Shown one piece after another: positions 51,439 to 62,703 of a DNA stretch of 64,000 nt. Made by a program: the position numbers and the translations under genes. Within the stretch, counting starts at the first letter, position 1. Every line of letters starts with the position of its first letter. This DNA is from an uncultured bacterium (GTDB lineage: Bacteria; Acidobacteriota; HRBIN11; JAKEFK01). The stretch lies in contig CAVZQN010000008.1 in the NCBI GenBank assembly GCA_963777505.1, positions 288,001 through 352,000 of the forward strand, written 5' to 3'. Under the pieces are notes generated by a model, which saw nothing but the letters and a program-made list of their open reading frames with translations, ran no database searches and was not told where the DNA came from.

Positions 51439-52962
51439 TTGTCCGAACTCTTAATGCCGAATAGCAAAACTCTATTAATCAGAGGTCTTTTAGTCCTTCT
51501 GGCTTTGCTTCTCAGTTCCTCTGTGTGCTTTTTCGGATATTTGCAAAAAGTGCCTGATTCAAATTACTCGGGCATCCGCAGTATGAATGCTTCAGATTTT
51601 AACGCGAATGGAGCATGGCTAAGACAAGCCCTCGACGGTAAATTCATCTTTAGAAATCCTTATACATCCGAAAAACAAACACCATTCTTGATTCGACCTT
51701 TCTATTCTGCAATCTCGCTTCCTTTTCGTTGGGCAAATCTTAGTACACCAGTTATTCTTCATATCTGGCGCCTGATCTTTTCAATAATCCTGCTTGCGTC
51801 CTTGTTCCCTTTAATAAAAGTTTTTGAAAAGAACCAGAGCCGGATCAATATCGCATTTCTTCTTCTGGCTTTTACCTCCGGTGCAGGATATTTTTTTCAC
51901 AAAATTGTTCCAGGAAGTGCAGATCTTGGGTTGCCGGAAGCCTTTTTATTCTTGACTCTTGGAGAAGCGCCGCATTTTCAGTATTCGATTCTTTTATTTT
52001 GGGTTGCAGTTGCCGCATTATTTCTACACGGTGAAAATCGACCAGGCGCTCTATGGGTCTTCCTTGTTTGTCTTGGATTACTCTGGTGGGATCATCCGTT
52101 TGATGCGATTACATTAACGGCTCTAAGCTCGCTTGGATTATGGCTATATACAGGCTGGCGGAAGAAGATTATCTTCTTCTCACTTGCATTTGTTGTTTCC
52201 CTTCCACCTGTTCTTTATTATGTGTGGCTAACAAAACTTCCATACGCTCAAGGCGCAGCAGAACAAAACGTACTTCCATCTCCCGAATTCAGCGCGTTCG
52301 CAATTGCTTTTCTGCCTTTAATACTGCTCGCCGCAGCAGGCCTTATCTATAAGATAAAAAATCGAGAACAGAAGCGAGTCATCATTTTCCTGGTGGCCTG
52401 GATTTTAATACAGTTCGGGCTTGCTTACTCACCTGTTCCTTTTCAAAGGCGATTGATCTCAGGAGTTCAATTCCCTCTTGCAATTTTAGCGGCAGTCGGT
52501 CTTGCAGAAAAAGTACGAAAGCCAATTTTAATTGCAGCAATCGTCTTGATTCTTTCCAGCACCAACTTTTATGTTATGAAAAAAGAAATTCAGGAACTGC
52601 AATCTCGAACAATGCCCTTCTATCTTCCAAAAGCATATATCAACGCTTTTCAATGGCTTTCAAATCAGCACAAAGATGGTTCGGTTTTGAGTGCATTTGT
52701 TACAGCAAACTTTGTCCCGGCTCATACAGGCCTCACTTCATATTGGGGGCATTCGCAACTGACACCACGAAGTCCTGAAAAACGTCTCGCGGTAGAACGA
52801 TTTTATCAATCACCAAATCCGGAGTTCATAAGGCAGAATAACATTCGGTACATTTTTCTTGCCTGGGAGGAAAGAATATATAAGCTGCCAAAACTGGATC
52901 TACCCTTTTCTATCGTCTACGACAGACAACAAATTCGAATTTACGAACTAAAGGTGGAATAG
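51439..52962 (+). CDS. Polytopic membrane protein, GT-C-like
   Basis: Many TM segments, D in the first external loop, HPFD, PFQRR, soluble C-terminal domain with YWGH. Confidence 0.55.
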   Translation: MSELLMPNSKTLLIRGLLVLLALLLSSSVCFFGYLQKVPDSNYSGIRSMNASDFNANGAWLRQALDGKFIFRNPYTSEKQTPFLIRPFYSAISLPFRWANLSTPVILHIWRLIFSIILLASLFPLIKVFEKNQSRINIAFLLLAFTSGAGYFFHKIVPGSADLGLPEAFLFLTLGEAPHFQYSILLFWVAVAALFLHGENRPGALWVFLVCLGLLWWDHPFDAITLTALSSLGLWLYTGWRKKIIFFSLAFVVSLPPVLYYVWLTKLPYAQGAAEQNVLPSPEFSAFAIAFLPLILLAAAGLIYKIKNREQKRVIIFLVAWILIQFGLAYSPVPFQRRLISGVQFPLAILAAVGLAEKVRKPILIAAIVLILSSTNFYVMKKEIQELQSRTMPFYLPKAYINAFQWLSNQHKDGSVLSAFVTANFVPAHTGLTSYWGHSQLTPRSPEKRLAVERFYQSPNPEFIRQNNIRYIFLAWEERIYKLPKLDLPFSIVYDRQQIRIYELKVE

Positions 52963-52983
52963 CCTCGTGTATAATGTCCCAAA

Positions 52984-53979
52984 ATGAGTTTGTCTTACTT
53001 TTTTGCCTCCTTCCTGGCATTTCTTCTCGCACTCTACGGTACTCCAATAGCACGCGCAGCTGCTTTGCGTTTTGGAGTTGTAGACAATCCTGATGGACGT
53101 CTAAAGCATCAGACTGAAGCTACACCGTATCTTGGTGGTCTCGCAATTTATCTTGGAGTTTTAATACCGCTCTGTTTGTTTTATAAACTCGATCAACGCA
53201 TTCTTGCGATTCTACTTTCAAGTACGCTCGTTCTACTTCTAGGTCTCATTGATGATTTTGGAGTGTTAACTCCTACCGCAAAATTTACCGGGCAGATTAT
53301 TGCAGCCTTTGTTCTGATTAAAGGCGGCGTGTTCATTCGGATTGAAACATTTCATCCCTTTTTGAACCTGACATTAACCGTCTTGTGGATCATCGGCATG
53401 ACCAATGCGATGAACATCATCGACATCATGGATGGACTTTGCGCGGGGATTTCGCTTGTGGCTTCATTTTGTTTGTTTTTAGTAGCAGCCCTGAAGAATG
53501 ACACGATGATTGCAATCTTTGCATTGACGCTAACTGGAAGTCTTGCGGGCTTCTTGAGGTATAATTTCCGACCTGCCCGAATCTATATGGGGGACACAGG
53601 GAGTATGTTTCTTGGATTATGTCTGGGGGCTCTTGCAATTGTCGGCGACTATTCTGATGTGAACAAGCTCGCTTTCTTCAATCCACTATTGATTTTTGGG
53701 GTAGCTATTTTTGACACGATTTATGTCGTAATTCTTCGCCTGTTAAAGGGAAGATCACCTTTCCTTGGAAGCAAAGATCATTTTGCAATTCGCCTGAAAT
53801 TCGCTGGCTGGCCGATTACTAGAATTGTAATCGGTTCGTATGTTGCCGCATCCATTTTAAGCATCCTTGCTTTATTAAACATGTTTCTTCCATTCACTTA
53901 TTCGTTGGCCCTGTACATAATCGTTGCACTCTGCTTTATGGGGCTTGGTGTGATATTGGGTCGTGTAAAGGTCGCTTAA
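52984..53979 (+). CDS. WecA/TagO-type polyprenyl-phosphate HexNAc-1-phosphate transferase (GT4/MraY family)
   Basis: TPYLGGLAI, GLIDD, NAMNIIDIMDGL, YNFRPARIYMGDTGS. Confidence 0.9.
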   Translation: MSLSYFFASFLAFLLALYGTPIARAAALRFGVVDNPDGRLKHQTEATPYLGGLAIYLGVLIPLCLFYKLDQRILAILLSSTLVLLLGLIDDFGVLTPTAKFTGQIIAAFVLIKGGVFIRIETFHPFLNLTLTVLWIIGMTNAMNIIDIMDGLCAGISLVASFCLFLVAALKNDTMIAIFALTLTGSLAGFLRYNFRPARIYMGDTGSMFLGLCLGALAIVGDYSDVNKLAFFNPLLIFGVAIFDTIYVVILRLLKGRSPFLGSKDHFAIRLKFAGWPITRIVIGSYVAASILSILALLNMFLPFTYSLALYIIVALCFMGLGVILGRVKVA

Positions 53980-55286
53980 TGGAAACGGAATTTCTGATCA
54001 TTGGTGCAGGCCTGGCCGGTTTGAGCGCCGGGTATCATTTGGGAAACAAAGAACATACGATCGTTGAAAGCGATGAACGCGTTGGTGGGCTTTGTAAATC
54101 ATTTCAAGTAGATGGTTTTACTTTTGATTGCACCGGCCATCTAATACATTTCCGAACAAAAGAAGGCCGCGAACTGATCACCAGGTTGATTGGTGACAAG
54201 ATTCAGCAGCACCAGCGCAAAGCCGCAATCTTCCTGGAAAACCGCTTTACTGATTATCCCTTCCAGGCAAATACTTACGGTTTGCCTCCAGAAATAATTA
54301 AAGAATGTTTACTTGGTTTTGTGAAAACCCTATCTCACAAGCAACCGAAAAAAATTGGGAATTTTCATGATTGGATTTATGAGACATTTGGAGAAGGAAT
54401 CTCAAAGTATTTTATGGTGCCCTATAACCAGAAGCTGTGGCAGCATGATCTTCGTGATATCTCGCTTGATTGGGTGAACTGGTCCATTCCAAAACCGAAC
54501 GTAGAAGATGTGATCAATGGGGCTCTAGGGATCAAGAATAAACAGTTCGGATACAACCCTGTCTTTTATTATCCGAAGAAGGGTGGCATTGGAATTTTTC
54601 CAAATGGAATTCCTGTAAATGGAGAGCTCCATCTCGATAGCCCGGTCGAAAAAATCAATATCAAAGAGAAGCGAGTTACTCTTCGCAATGGCAAGAAAAT
54701 CCGCTACAGGTATTTACTCTCAACGATGCCCTTGCATCAGTTCTTGAAATGCGTCGAAAATCCAACATCTTTATTAAGCTCCGCTTACGATCGATTGGAA
54801 TACATTTCTGTTCTAAACATCAACATCGGTGTTGAGCGTGAGGAAATTATTCCTTATCACTGGGTTTATTTTCCTGAGCGAAACAAACCTTTTTATCGTA
54901 TCGGTTGCCTTTCTAATATTTCAAAAAATGCGGCGCCAAAAGGAACTTCTTCCTTGTTTATTGAAATTTCTTTGCGTTCAGATGAAAAACACGATGTAAA
55001 AAAGGTGACAAAAGAAGCACTTGAAGCTTTGCGCAACGCAAAGATTCTTCGAAAAGGGGACAAACTCGCAATTGTGTATCCAGTTCTGCTGAATTATGCA
55101 TATGTCATTTACAACAAAGCCAGATCAAAAACAGTGACGCATGTGCACAATTATTTAAATATGCATGATGTTTACAGCTTTGGCAGATATGGATCCTGGA
55201 ATTATTCAAGTATGGAAGACGCTGTTTTGCAGGGAAAGGAATTTGCGGAAAAGGTACTGGCTCTTTCTTCCAACGATAAGCCATGA
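53979..55286 (+). CDS. FAD-dependent oxidoreductase, UDP-galactopyranose-mutase-like
   Basis: GAGLAGL, GFTFDCTGH, FMVPYNQKLW, HWVYFPE..PFYR, GRYGSWNY..ME. Confidence 0.75.
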   Translation: METEFLIIGAGLAGLSAGYHLGNKEHTIVESDERVGGLCKSFQVDGFTFDCTGHLIHFRTKEGRELITRLIGDKIQQHQRKAAIFLENRFTDYPFQANTYGLPPEIIKECLLGFVKTLSHKQPKKIGNFHDWIYETFGEGISKYFMVPYNQKLWQHDLRDISLDWVNWSIPKPNVEDVINGALGIKNKQFGYNPVFYYPKKGGIGIFPNGIPVNGELHLDSPVEKINIKEKRVTLRNGKKIRYRYLLSTMPLHQFLKCVENPTSLLSSAYDRLEYISVLNINIGVEREEIIPYHWVYFPERNKPFYRIGCLSNISKNAAPKGTSSLFIEISLRSDEKHDVKKVTKEALEALRNAKILRKGDKLAIVYPVLLNYAYVIYNKARSKTVTHVHNYLNMHDVYSFGRYGSWNYSSMEDAVLQGKEFAEKVLALSSNDKP

Positions 55287-57643
55287 AATCGACACCGGGA
55301 ATCTGGATGTCCGGTAAACTGGTACTGATCAGACACGCTGTCAGCATCATCTTACTTTTCACTGCATGGAAAATGATTCAGCGTTGGTATTTTTTCCAAC
55401 ATTCGTCTGATTATTTCCTTTTTGTACTCCTTGCATGCAGTGGCTTCATTCTGGCCGCCGGACCATTCGTGTTGAATGAACTTCGAAATATTTCCCGAAA
55501 CAAAATTCTGGCTTGCTTGCCTTTACTTGTGCTGCTGCTTCCATGGGGAGAATGGCTGAGTCTTGGAACCATCTTTACGCGCGAAAGCTGGTCTGAGATG
55601 CTTTTCAAGCAAGCGGCATTTGTATATGTTTGTGTTTCAGTGCTCCGTATTTTTCCTTCGCTCGCATCGCAGATCACGAATCGATTTTTGAGGTTGCTGG
55701 AGTTTGCCTCCACTAATCCTTTCTTAATGTGGACCGCACCTGTTTTTTTATTTGCTCTTACTGGATGGATTGCCATATTTGTCTATCAGGAAACACCTGT
55801 CGTTCAGGATTCTGCAGCTCATTTGTTTCAAGCGCATATCTTTAAGAATTTCAAACTTTACGCTCCAGCTCCAGTTTTAATGCAAGAAGCATTTACTGGT
55901 CCGCTTGATCTTTTGGTTATGAAGGACGGTAAATGGTTCGGTATGTATTTTCCGGGATATGCCGCATTAATGGCTCCCGCCGCCCGATTCAATCTTGAGT
56001 GGCTCGTATCTCCGCTTCTGGCAGCTCTTACGTGTGCAATATGGATCTTATATGCACAACGATGGCACAGCCGCAGAACTGCAATCCTACTTGGCTGGCT
56101 TCTGGCCATTTCTCCTTTTATCGTTGTCATGTCCTCTACTGTTATGGTTTTTACACCAGAACTGTTTTTCGCTTCGATTGTTATCTTCTTGTTGAGGTTG
56201 AGTCTTGAAAAACCTCAGCTGTTGCCACTCGCTGGTTTAGCTGTGGGAATTATTGGCGTAATTTTGGTTCGCACTTTTTCGTTGTTACCTTTCCTGCTTC
56301 CTGTGGTTGCGTACGTTTCATTCCAGGCCGTCCGAAGAAAAACAATTCGTATCCCTGTTGCTATTCTGTTTGGATTCTTAGTTGGAACGATCGCACTCTT
56401 TCTTTACCAATTAAAAACAACAGGCAATGCACTTCAATCTGGATACAAACTTGAATTTCCTGACTTGGGCTTAGGCTTCCGGCAGTACTATATTGGCACT
56501 CACAGTCCATTGAAAGCGATTGATAATGCTTCAAATAATTTGCTGGGATTAAATCATTGGATTGGAGGATGGTACTCTGGCTCGCTACTTTTTGTGATTG
56601 GTTTTCTCTGGAGACAGAAACTTCAAACTTGGGACAAGCTTTTTATCACAGGATGCTGTTTCTTAATTGCACTTTATTTTTTTTATTTTTATCAGGACCT
56701 TTTCTTCGGACCTCGTTTTTTTTACTCTTTTACTCCAATCCTCCTTCTCTTTATCGCTCGAAGTGTTACAGAGGTGTCGTTTGATTCGAAATTCCAGCCT
56801 CAGATATTGATTCCGCTTCTTGTACTTACGATTCTTTTTTCAGTGCCAAATACCTTGCCCGCATTTATCAAACGATATGATCCATCAAAGACACAGGCGG
56901 GCAAACTGAAAGAGCAAATCAGAAAAAATGTCGATAAACCAACCCTTGTGTTTCTTGATGACAATACCGCCCAGAATTTCGTGAACTGGAACGATCCATT
57001 CTTAAAATCAAATATCGTTATTGCTCGAGATCTGGAAGAACATAACTCGGAGGTTCAAAAATTTTTTCCAAACCATAAACCTGTTTGGTTTCGAATGACC
57101 TCTTCATTTGAAAAAGGTAAAATTACGGGTGGTTTCAAGTTTGCGAGTGAGCCTGACCGAAAACCAACAGGCACACTTAGCTTATTTGATCTGGCTATGG
57201 CACTTCAGGCGGCGCGCGATTATCCTAAGCAAGATTTTTTTGATATCTGTTACATCGATATTTTTGACGCAGGTTCAGGCCGCGAAAATTATGAATTTCT
57301 GAATGATGTCAAAGAAACGAACCTCAGGGGAGGAGAATACAAACGCGTCTTCCGAAGCGGCGTTATACATGCAGGTAAAATGCTGCTCCTACCCCTCATC
57401 GCATTTGACGAACGCGGGCATGATTGGAAACTTACTTTCAATCGTTCAGAGTTTCGAAAAGAATTTAATAGTGCGCGAAGTGATTTTGTGCAAACTGGCG
57501 ATATTGGACACACAATCTTAGATCAAATGGACAAAGTAATGAAAAGAATTGATCAGAACTCGGATCAACAATTATCAGACTCGGAAATCGATCTGTTTCT
57601 GGTTGAAAAAATGAAGCTGGTTAGTATGGGAGCATCACTCTGA
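55283..57643 (+). CDS. GT39-like polytopic glycosyltransferase with soluble C-terminal domain containing an EF-hand-like loop
   Basis: QDSAAHLFQA, YFPGY, FGPRFF; DQNSDQQLSDSE near the C-terminus. Confidence 0.65.
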   Translation: MKSTPGIWMSGKLVLIRHAVSIILLFTAWKMIQRWYFFQHSSDYFLFVLLACSGFILAAGPFVLNELRNISRNKILACLPLLVLLLPWGEWLSLGTIFTRESWSEMLFKQAAFVYVCVSVLRIFPSLASQITNRFLRLLEFASTNPFLMWTAPVFLFALTGWIAIFVYQETPVVQDSAAHLFQAHIFKNFKLYAPAPVLMQEAFTGPLDLLVMKDGKWFGMYFPGYAALMAPAARFNLEWLVSPLLAALTCAIWILYAQRWHSRRTAILLGWLLAISPFIVVMSSTVMVFTPELFFASIVIFLLRLSLEKPQLLPLAGLAVGIIGVILVRTFSLLPFLLPVVAYVSFQAVRRKTIRIPVAILFGFLVGTIALFLYQLKTTGNALQSGYKLEFPDLGLGFRQYYIGTHSPLKAIDNASNNLLGLNHWIGGWYSGSLLFVIGFLWRQKLQTWDKLFITGCCFLIALYFFYFYQDLFFGPRFFYSFTPILLLFIARSVTEVSFDSKFQPQILIPLLVLTILFSVPNTLPAFIKRYDPSKTQAGKLKEQIRKNVDKPTLVFLDDNTAQNFVNWNDPFLKSNIVIARDLEEHNSEVQKFFPNHKPVWFRMTSSFEKGKITGGFKFASEPDRKPTGTLSLFDLAMALQAARDYPKQDFFDICYIDIFDAGSGRENYEFLNDVKETNLRGGEYKRVFRSGVIHAGKMLLLPLIAFDERGHDWKLTFNRSEFRKEFNSARSDFVQTGDIGHTILDQMDKVMKRIDQNSDQQLSDSEIDLFLVEKMKLVSMGASL

Positions 57644-59208
57644 GGTCAGGCTCACTGGAACGCATCAGAAAACTTGCCGTAGAAGAAATTCTACCGGAAG
57701 AACATCAGGCGGCACTAGAAGTATTAAAATCCCGCCGCGTAGCAATCTTCATCGTTGCGTATAACGCAGAAGCACATCTCGAATCGCTGATCGAACGCAT
57801 TCCTTCACAACTGATGCCCTATTTTGCTGAAATTTTTATTATTGATGACAGCTCAAGCGATATGACTTTCGAGGTAGCCAATCGCATTATCAAAAAATAT
57901 CCGAACCGCAATATCACCGCTTATAAAACGCCATTTAATCGCGGCTACGGCGGGAATCAAAAAATCGGATATCTGTATTGCATGGAAAAGGGACATGACA
58001 TCGTCGTACTTTTGCATGGAGATGGCCAATATGCGCCTGAATATCTACCTCGTATCCTTTCACAATTTAAGGACAATCCTGATGCTGTTTTTGCATCAAG
58101 AATGATGAACAAAAAACAGGCCCTTCAAGGCGGAATGCCCTTCTATAAATGGATCGGAAATCAGGTTCTTACAAATTTCGAAAATCGTTTGCTCAAAGCG
58201 AACCTTTCAGAATTTCATACTGGACTCAGAGCTTACAGTGTTGAATCTTTGAAAAAGATTCCATTTACGTACAATTCTGATGGCTTTCACTTTGATACAG
58301 AAATCATTATTCAAGTCCTTGCAAAAGGGCTAACGATCAAAGAAGTTTCTATTCCAACATTTTATGGAACTGAAGTTTGTCACGTAAACGGCTTTGAGTA
58401 TGCATACAACTGTATGCGATCCGTTATTGCCTACAATCTTGTAAACCTTGGTCTTTATTACAAACGGAATTTTGATTTCGGTCTTTTTGAATCTGAGAAT
58501 TACGTTTTTAAACGAAGCCCTTATTCCTTGCATCAGTATGTATTGAAGAGCGCAGGCCTGCATCCAGGCATGGTAAGCATTGAACTCGGTGCGAATCGTG
58601 GAATTTTAAGCAGCCATGTCGCAGAGAATGTGAATCAACATATAGCAGTTGATCAAAACACACCTGATCTAGCCGGCAAATCGGAAGCACTTGCTCTGGA
58701 TCTTGATAAATCCTTTGCTTCGCAAATTCCCCGTCGCAAGTATGAACTTTGCATTGCACTTGATGTTATTGAACATTTGAATGAACCTGAACATTTTTTG
58801 CTTGAAGTTTTTGATCTATTGAAGGCAAAAGGGAAACTTTTCATCAGCACAGCCAACATCTGTTATCTCCCAATGAGGCTTTCAATGCTATTGGGACAAT
58901 TCAACTATGGAAAGCGTGGGATCCTCGATCGTACCCACAAGCGATTATTCAGTGTAGCCAGCTTTCGGAAACTTCTTGCACAGTACGGTTATAAAGTCGA
59001 AGTGGTTCAAGGATTCGCGCCACCTTTAACAGATCTTATCAATAGCGGCTTTATGATGCGTTTACTTGAACGTGTGCACTCATTTTTGTCTCGTCATATG
59101 CCAAATCTGTTCGCATATAATTTTCTCGTAATTGCTACTCGTATGGATGGAATCGAAGACATTCTCAAGCAAACGACCGCAACGATGAAAGCTGCGGGAA
59201 GTCAGTAG
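57640..59208 (+). CDS. Bifunctional GT2 (polyprenyl-phosphate glycosyltransferase-like) / class I SAM methyltransferase; probable CTG start
   Basis: In-frame VAIFIVAYNAE upstream of the first ATG (57814); IDDSSSD, NRGYGGNQK, LHGDGQY, FHFDTEI; ELGANRG, LDVIEHL, GILDRTH. Confidence 0.85.
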   Translation: MRSGSLERIRKLAVEEILPEEHQAALEVLKSRRVAIFIVAYNAEAHLESLIERIPSQLMPYFAEIFIIDDSSSDMTFEVANRIIKKYPNRNITAYKTPFNRGYGGNQKIGYLYCMEKGHDIVVLLHGDGQYAPEYLPRILSQFKDNPDAVFASRMMNKKQALQGGMPFYKWIGNQVLTNFENRLLKANLSEFHTGLRAYSVESLKKIPFTYNSDGFHFDTEIIIQVLAKGLTIKEVSIPTFYGTEVCHVNGFEYAYNCMRSVIAYNLVNLGLYYKRNFDFGLFESENYVFKRSPYSLHQYVLKSAGLHPGMVSIELGANRGILSSHVAENVNQHIAVDQNTPDLAGKSEALALDLDKSFASQIPRRKYELCIALDVIEHLNEPEHFLLEVFDLLKAKGKLFISTANICYLPMRLSMLLGQFNYGKRGILDRTHKRLFSVASFRKLLAQYGYKVEVVQGFAPPLTDLINSGFMMRLLERVHSFLSRHMPNLFAYNFLVIATRMDGIEDILKQTTATMKAAGSQ

Positions 59209-61620
59209 TGTCAAATAACAGAATTTCTCTGACTGCAATTCCAAAAGAGCCCGGGTTCTGGATCTTATTTTCCATTGCAATTGCATTTTTCTACCGGCCA
59301 CTCTTTAACGACGAAACGTTTTTCTTTCGTGATCTTTACAATCATTTCTACCCACAAAAGAAATTGTTTGCTGAGCTTATGCTCTCCGGGCAACTACCGC
59401 TTTGGGATCCATTCCGGCATGGTGGACAACCTTTTCTAGCGAACATGAATAATTCCGTGTTGTATCCCACGAATTTCCTTTATCTGATCCTTGCTCCAAT
59501 TACAGCCTTCAATGTCGATATCGTTTTGCATGTTTTACTTGCATCCTGGTCTGCATACACGCTAGCAAGGATTTTGAATTTCAATCCAATTGCTTCCACA
59601 ACATGCGGAATTATCTATGCATTCTCAGGTCCTGCGCTTTCAGTTCCCAATGTTTGGCTGTATGCACCATTTCATCTTCCTTTGATGCTGGCACTGTGGC
59701 ATCTCTATTGTCTTGAAGAAAAAAAACGCTGGTTTGTACTGGCAGCGTTGGTTGGCACGATACAAGTTTTCGCGGGACGGCCCGAGCTGCCTGCAATAAC
59801 AGCAGTCACTTTGTTGATCTGGACATTGGCTTTTCCATATGGTCAAAATCTAAAAAAAGTATTCCGCTTCTTACTTCTGGAATTTTCAATCATTGGGCTA
59901 GCTGCAATTCAATTGATTCCGATGCTGGATTTGGTGCAGCAATCCTCTCGTGGTAATGTTACAAATCTTCACTCATTTTTCGCGTGGTCGGTTGATCCGC
60001 GAAGATATCCTGAATTCGCCATTCCAAACTTTCTAGGATCCGTCTACAGCGTTCTTGAATCAGACTTTTGGGGTCAAATTCTCGAAGATCTCGGAGTTCC
60101 ATACGTTTTGAGTCTTTACTTCGGAATTCCGGTTTTATTGTTTGCAATTATCGGTGGAATCAACAAAATTCCTGATCCCAAATTCCCTCGCAGAATTCGA
60201 ATTCTATTTCTCGTTATGATTGCACTTTGCTTCGTCGCAATGGCCGGACGTCACATGCTAGGGTTCCGGTCTCTTGTGGATGCCGTGCCTGCGATCACGA
60301 TATTCCGCTATCCGGTGAAATTCATTTTTCTTGCTCTTCTACCTTTTAGTTTGTTGGCGGGATATCAATTGCATCATTTTTTGGAAAATTCAGAGGAACA
60401 AGTTTCGCGTTTTACGATTGCGATAGTCGCATCCGCAGCAACGGCTCTTTCAATATTCGCCGCATATTGCTGGTTGTTTCCTAATGAGGCCGGGAGTTTT
60501 TTAACTTACTATTTCGGAAAAGCCGCGCTGAAAGGATTACGGAATTCAATTTTGCATGCCGCTGCGTCTTCGCTCCTGCTCGCTTTAATCATGGGTTACA
60601 GAACGATTCGGAAAAAACCGAATATCACAGCTGGAATTTCAATTTTGATAGCCCTCGATTTATTGGTCGCCGGCGCAGCGATAAACCAGTTTGCACCGCG
60701 TGAATTTTTAACAACCGTTCCCGATCTTGCTTCTTTCTTACAAACAGGAAATTGGAAATAGAAAACTATATAGGGACGTAGATTACGGTTCATTTACTTA
60801 CCGGCTTCCTTCAAGCGAAAGCGTCTACGTGGACCGCTGGCGTTTAGAGTTATTAAGCAACTATACAGCGACGCTTTACAACATCCCTGTTGTTTTTCAT
60901 GAAGATTATGATTGGCTAGAGCTGAGAAGAATGGAATCTATAAGCAGGACTTTGGCAAAATCAAATTGGGATCAAAAACTTTCCATTTTTTCTTCAGCTG
61001 CCGTTCGATTTGTATTAACAGCTCAGAGGATTCAGATCCCCGGCTTGAAACTGATTCGAATTATCAACAATGCAAGCAACACGCCGTACTTTCTCTATCA
61101 AAACGAACGTTGCGCACCAAGGGTTACTTTTGTTTCAAACTCACATGTTGAAACTTCAAAAGAAATTCTAAATCTAATAACGCTTCCAACGTTCGATCCT
61201 TGCAGTACAGTCCTGTTAGAAGATACAACTGCCCTGAAAAATTCCGGCACTCCAAAGGCAACAGTGAAAGTACTGAACTGGCGTTCGAATTCTTCAACTC
61301 ACTTAGTGATTACCGACAAGCCTGGATTTGTAGTGTTTTCGGAACCTTTTACCAACGGATGGTTATGGAAAGTTGATGAGTGGAATGTAAAACCAATTCG
61401 TGCAAATTACGCGTTTTCAGCAATAGCAGTTCCTGAAGGAAAACATTACATCCATCGTGTTTATCGACCGGTATCTGTAGTTGTTGGAACTGCAGTTTCT
61501 TTAATTTTTCTTTTAGGATTTGTGATCTTCAGTGTTGTCAGAAAGGGTATTACTTCTACTACTGAGAAAATTGCTGCTCCCTTGAATCCTGGTGAAACAA
61601 CATTTAACTCGACCGTATAA
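59208..61620 (+). CDS. YfhO-family membrane protein (GT-C-like); apparent +1 frameshift near 60741
   Basis: RDLYNHFYP, LPLWDP..HGGQPFLA...LYP, FRYPVKF in the first ORF; VFSEPFTNGW, RANYAFSAIAVPEGKH...YRP in the second. Confidence 0.82.
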
Positions 61621-61701
61621 AACAGCTTCGAATAATTGTTTCTGAAACAGAAAGTGGTATACTCGCTGCGCTGGAAATCTTGAGGGTTTTATTTAGAACA
61701 A

Positions 61702-62703
61702 TTGAGAAAGTACATATTAGTTCTTTTTGTAATTTTGCCCCTTTTTTCTTGCAAAAGAACCCCTCCTATTCTTTGGACAACTGTTACAGGCGGTCCTGTT
61801 TATGGCTCACCTGCCTACGATAACGGTCTAATTTTCATTGGCAGTCAAGATAAGTATCTGTATGCCTTGAATGAGCGCGATGGAAGTGTAGCGTGGAAAA
61901 CCAATCTTGGCGCCAGAGTCGTCGCAACTCCGGTAATACGAGATGGATCACTATACATTGGAAGCGGAACGGGTGAATTTTTCAGTCTTAATCCGAAAAC
62001 AGGCCAAAAGAATTGGGTCTCAAAAACAGAAGGTTTAATTCATTACGAACCATGTTCTGATGAAACGGGTTTGTATTTTGGGAATGATCGCGGCCAATTT
62101 CTTAAAGTGAATTACGATGGCCAAATAGTATGGACTTTCAAAACCATAAATAAGTTCAATGGTGGTTGCAATTTTTATAAAGACTACGTTCTGACAAGCT
62201 CATGGGACTACAATTTCTATGCTCTTAATAAAAATGACGGCACAGTCGCATGGAAAGTCTCTTCTGGAACGCTGAACTACGGCGGACCGGAAATTGTGGG
62301 TGACGATGTTTACTTCGCAACGCATCAACAAATTTATCAGATTGAAGCGGCTACTGGAAAAGTTCGATCCCTCATAAAAACCCCATATCTTGTACATGTC
62401 TTGAATCACAACGGTTATCTCTGGACCAATGAAAAAGGATTGTCCAGGCGAAAACTGAATGGTGAAATTGTTGGCTCCGTCGATTTCAATTCCAATGCTG
62501 GATTCAAACCTGTTGTTGCAAAAGATCTTTTTATCCTGGCTGATACTACGAACTCTCTGTATGGAGTCTCCACAGATATGAAAATTCTTTGGAAACTTAA
62601 GCAAAGTGAGGCGTTCTGGTCTTCTGGTGTGATCAACAATAGCGTGTATTACACGGGAAACCGCAACAATAATGTTTATGCAATCCAATTACCGAAATCT
62701 TAG
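61702..62703 (+). CDS. PQQ-like beta-propeller lipoprotein (BamB-like repeats)
   Basis: Lipobox-like LFSC; repeated GS.D..LYAL...G...W blades. Confidence 0.8.
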   Translation: MRKYILVLFVILPLFSCKRTPPILWTTVTGGPVYGSPAYDNGLIFIGSQDKYLYALNERDGSVAWKTNLGARVVATPVIRDGSLYIGSGTGEFFSLNPKTGQKNWVSKTEGLIHYEPCSDETGLYFGNDRGQFLKVNYDGQIVWTFKTINKFNGGCNFYKDYVLTSSWDYNFYALNKNDGTVAWKVSSGTLNYGGPEIVGDDVYFATHQQIYQIEAATGKVRSLIKTPYLVHVLNHNGYLWTNEKGLSRRKLNGEIVGSVDFNSNAGFKPVVAKDLFILADTTNSLYGVSTDMKILWKLKQSEAFWSSGVINNSVYYTGNRNNNVYAIQLPKS

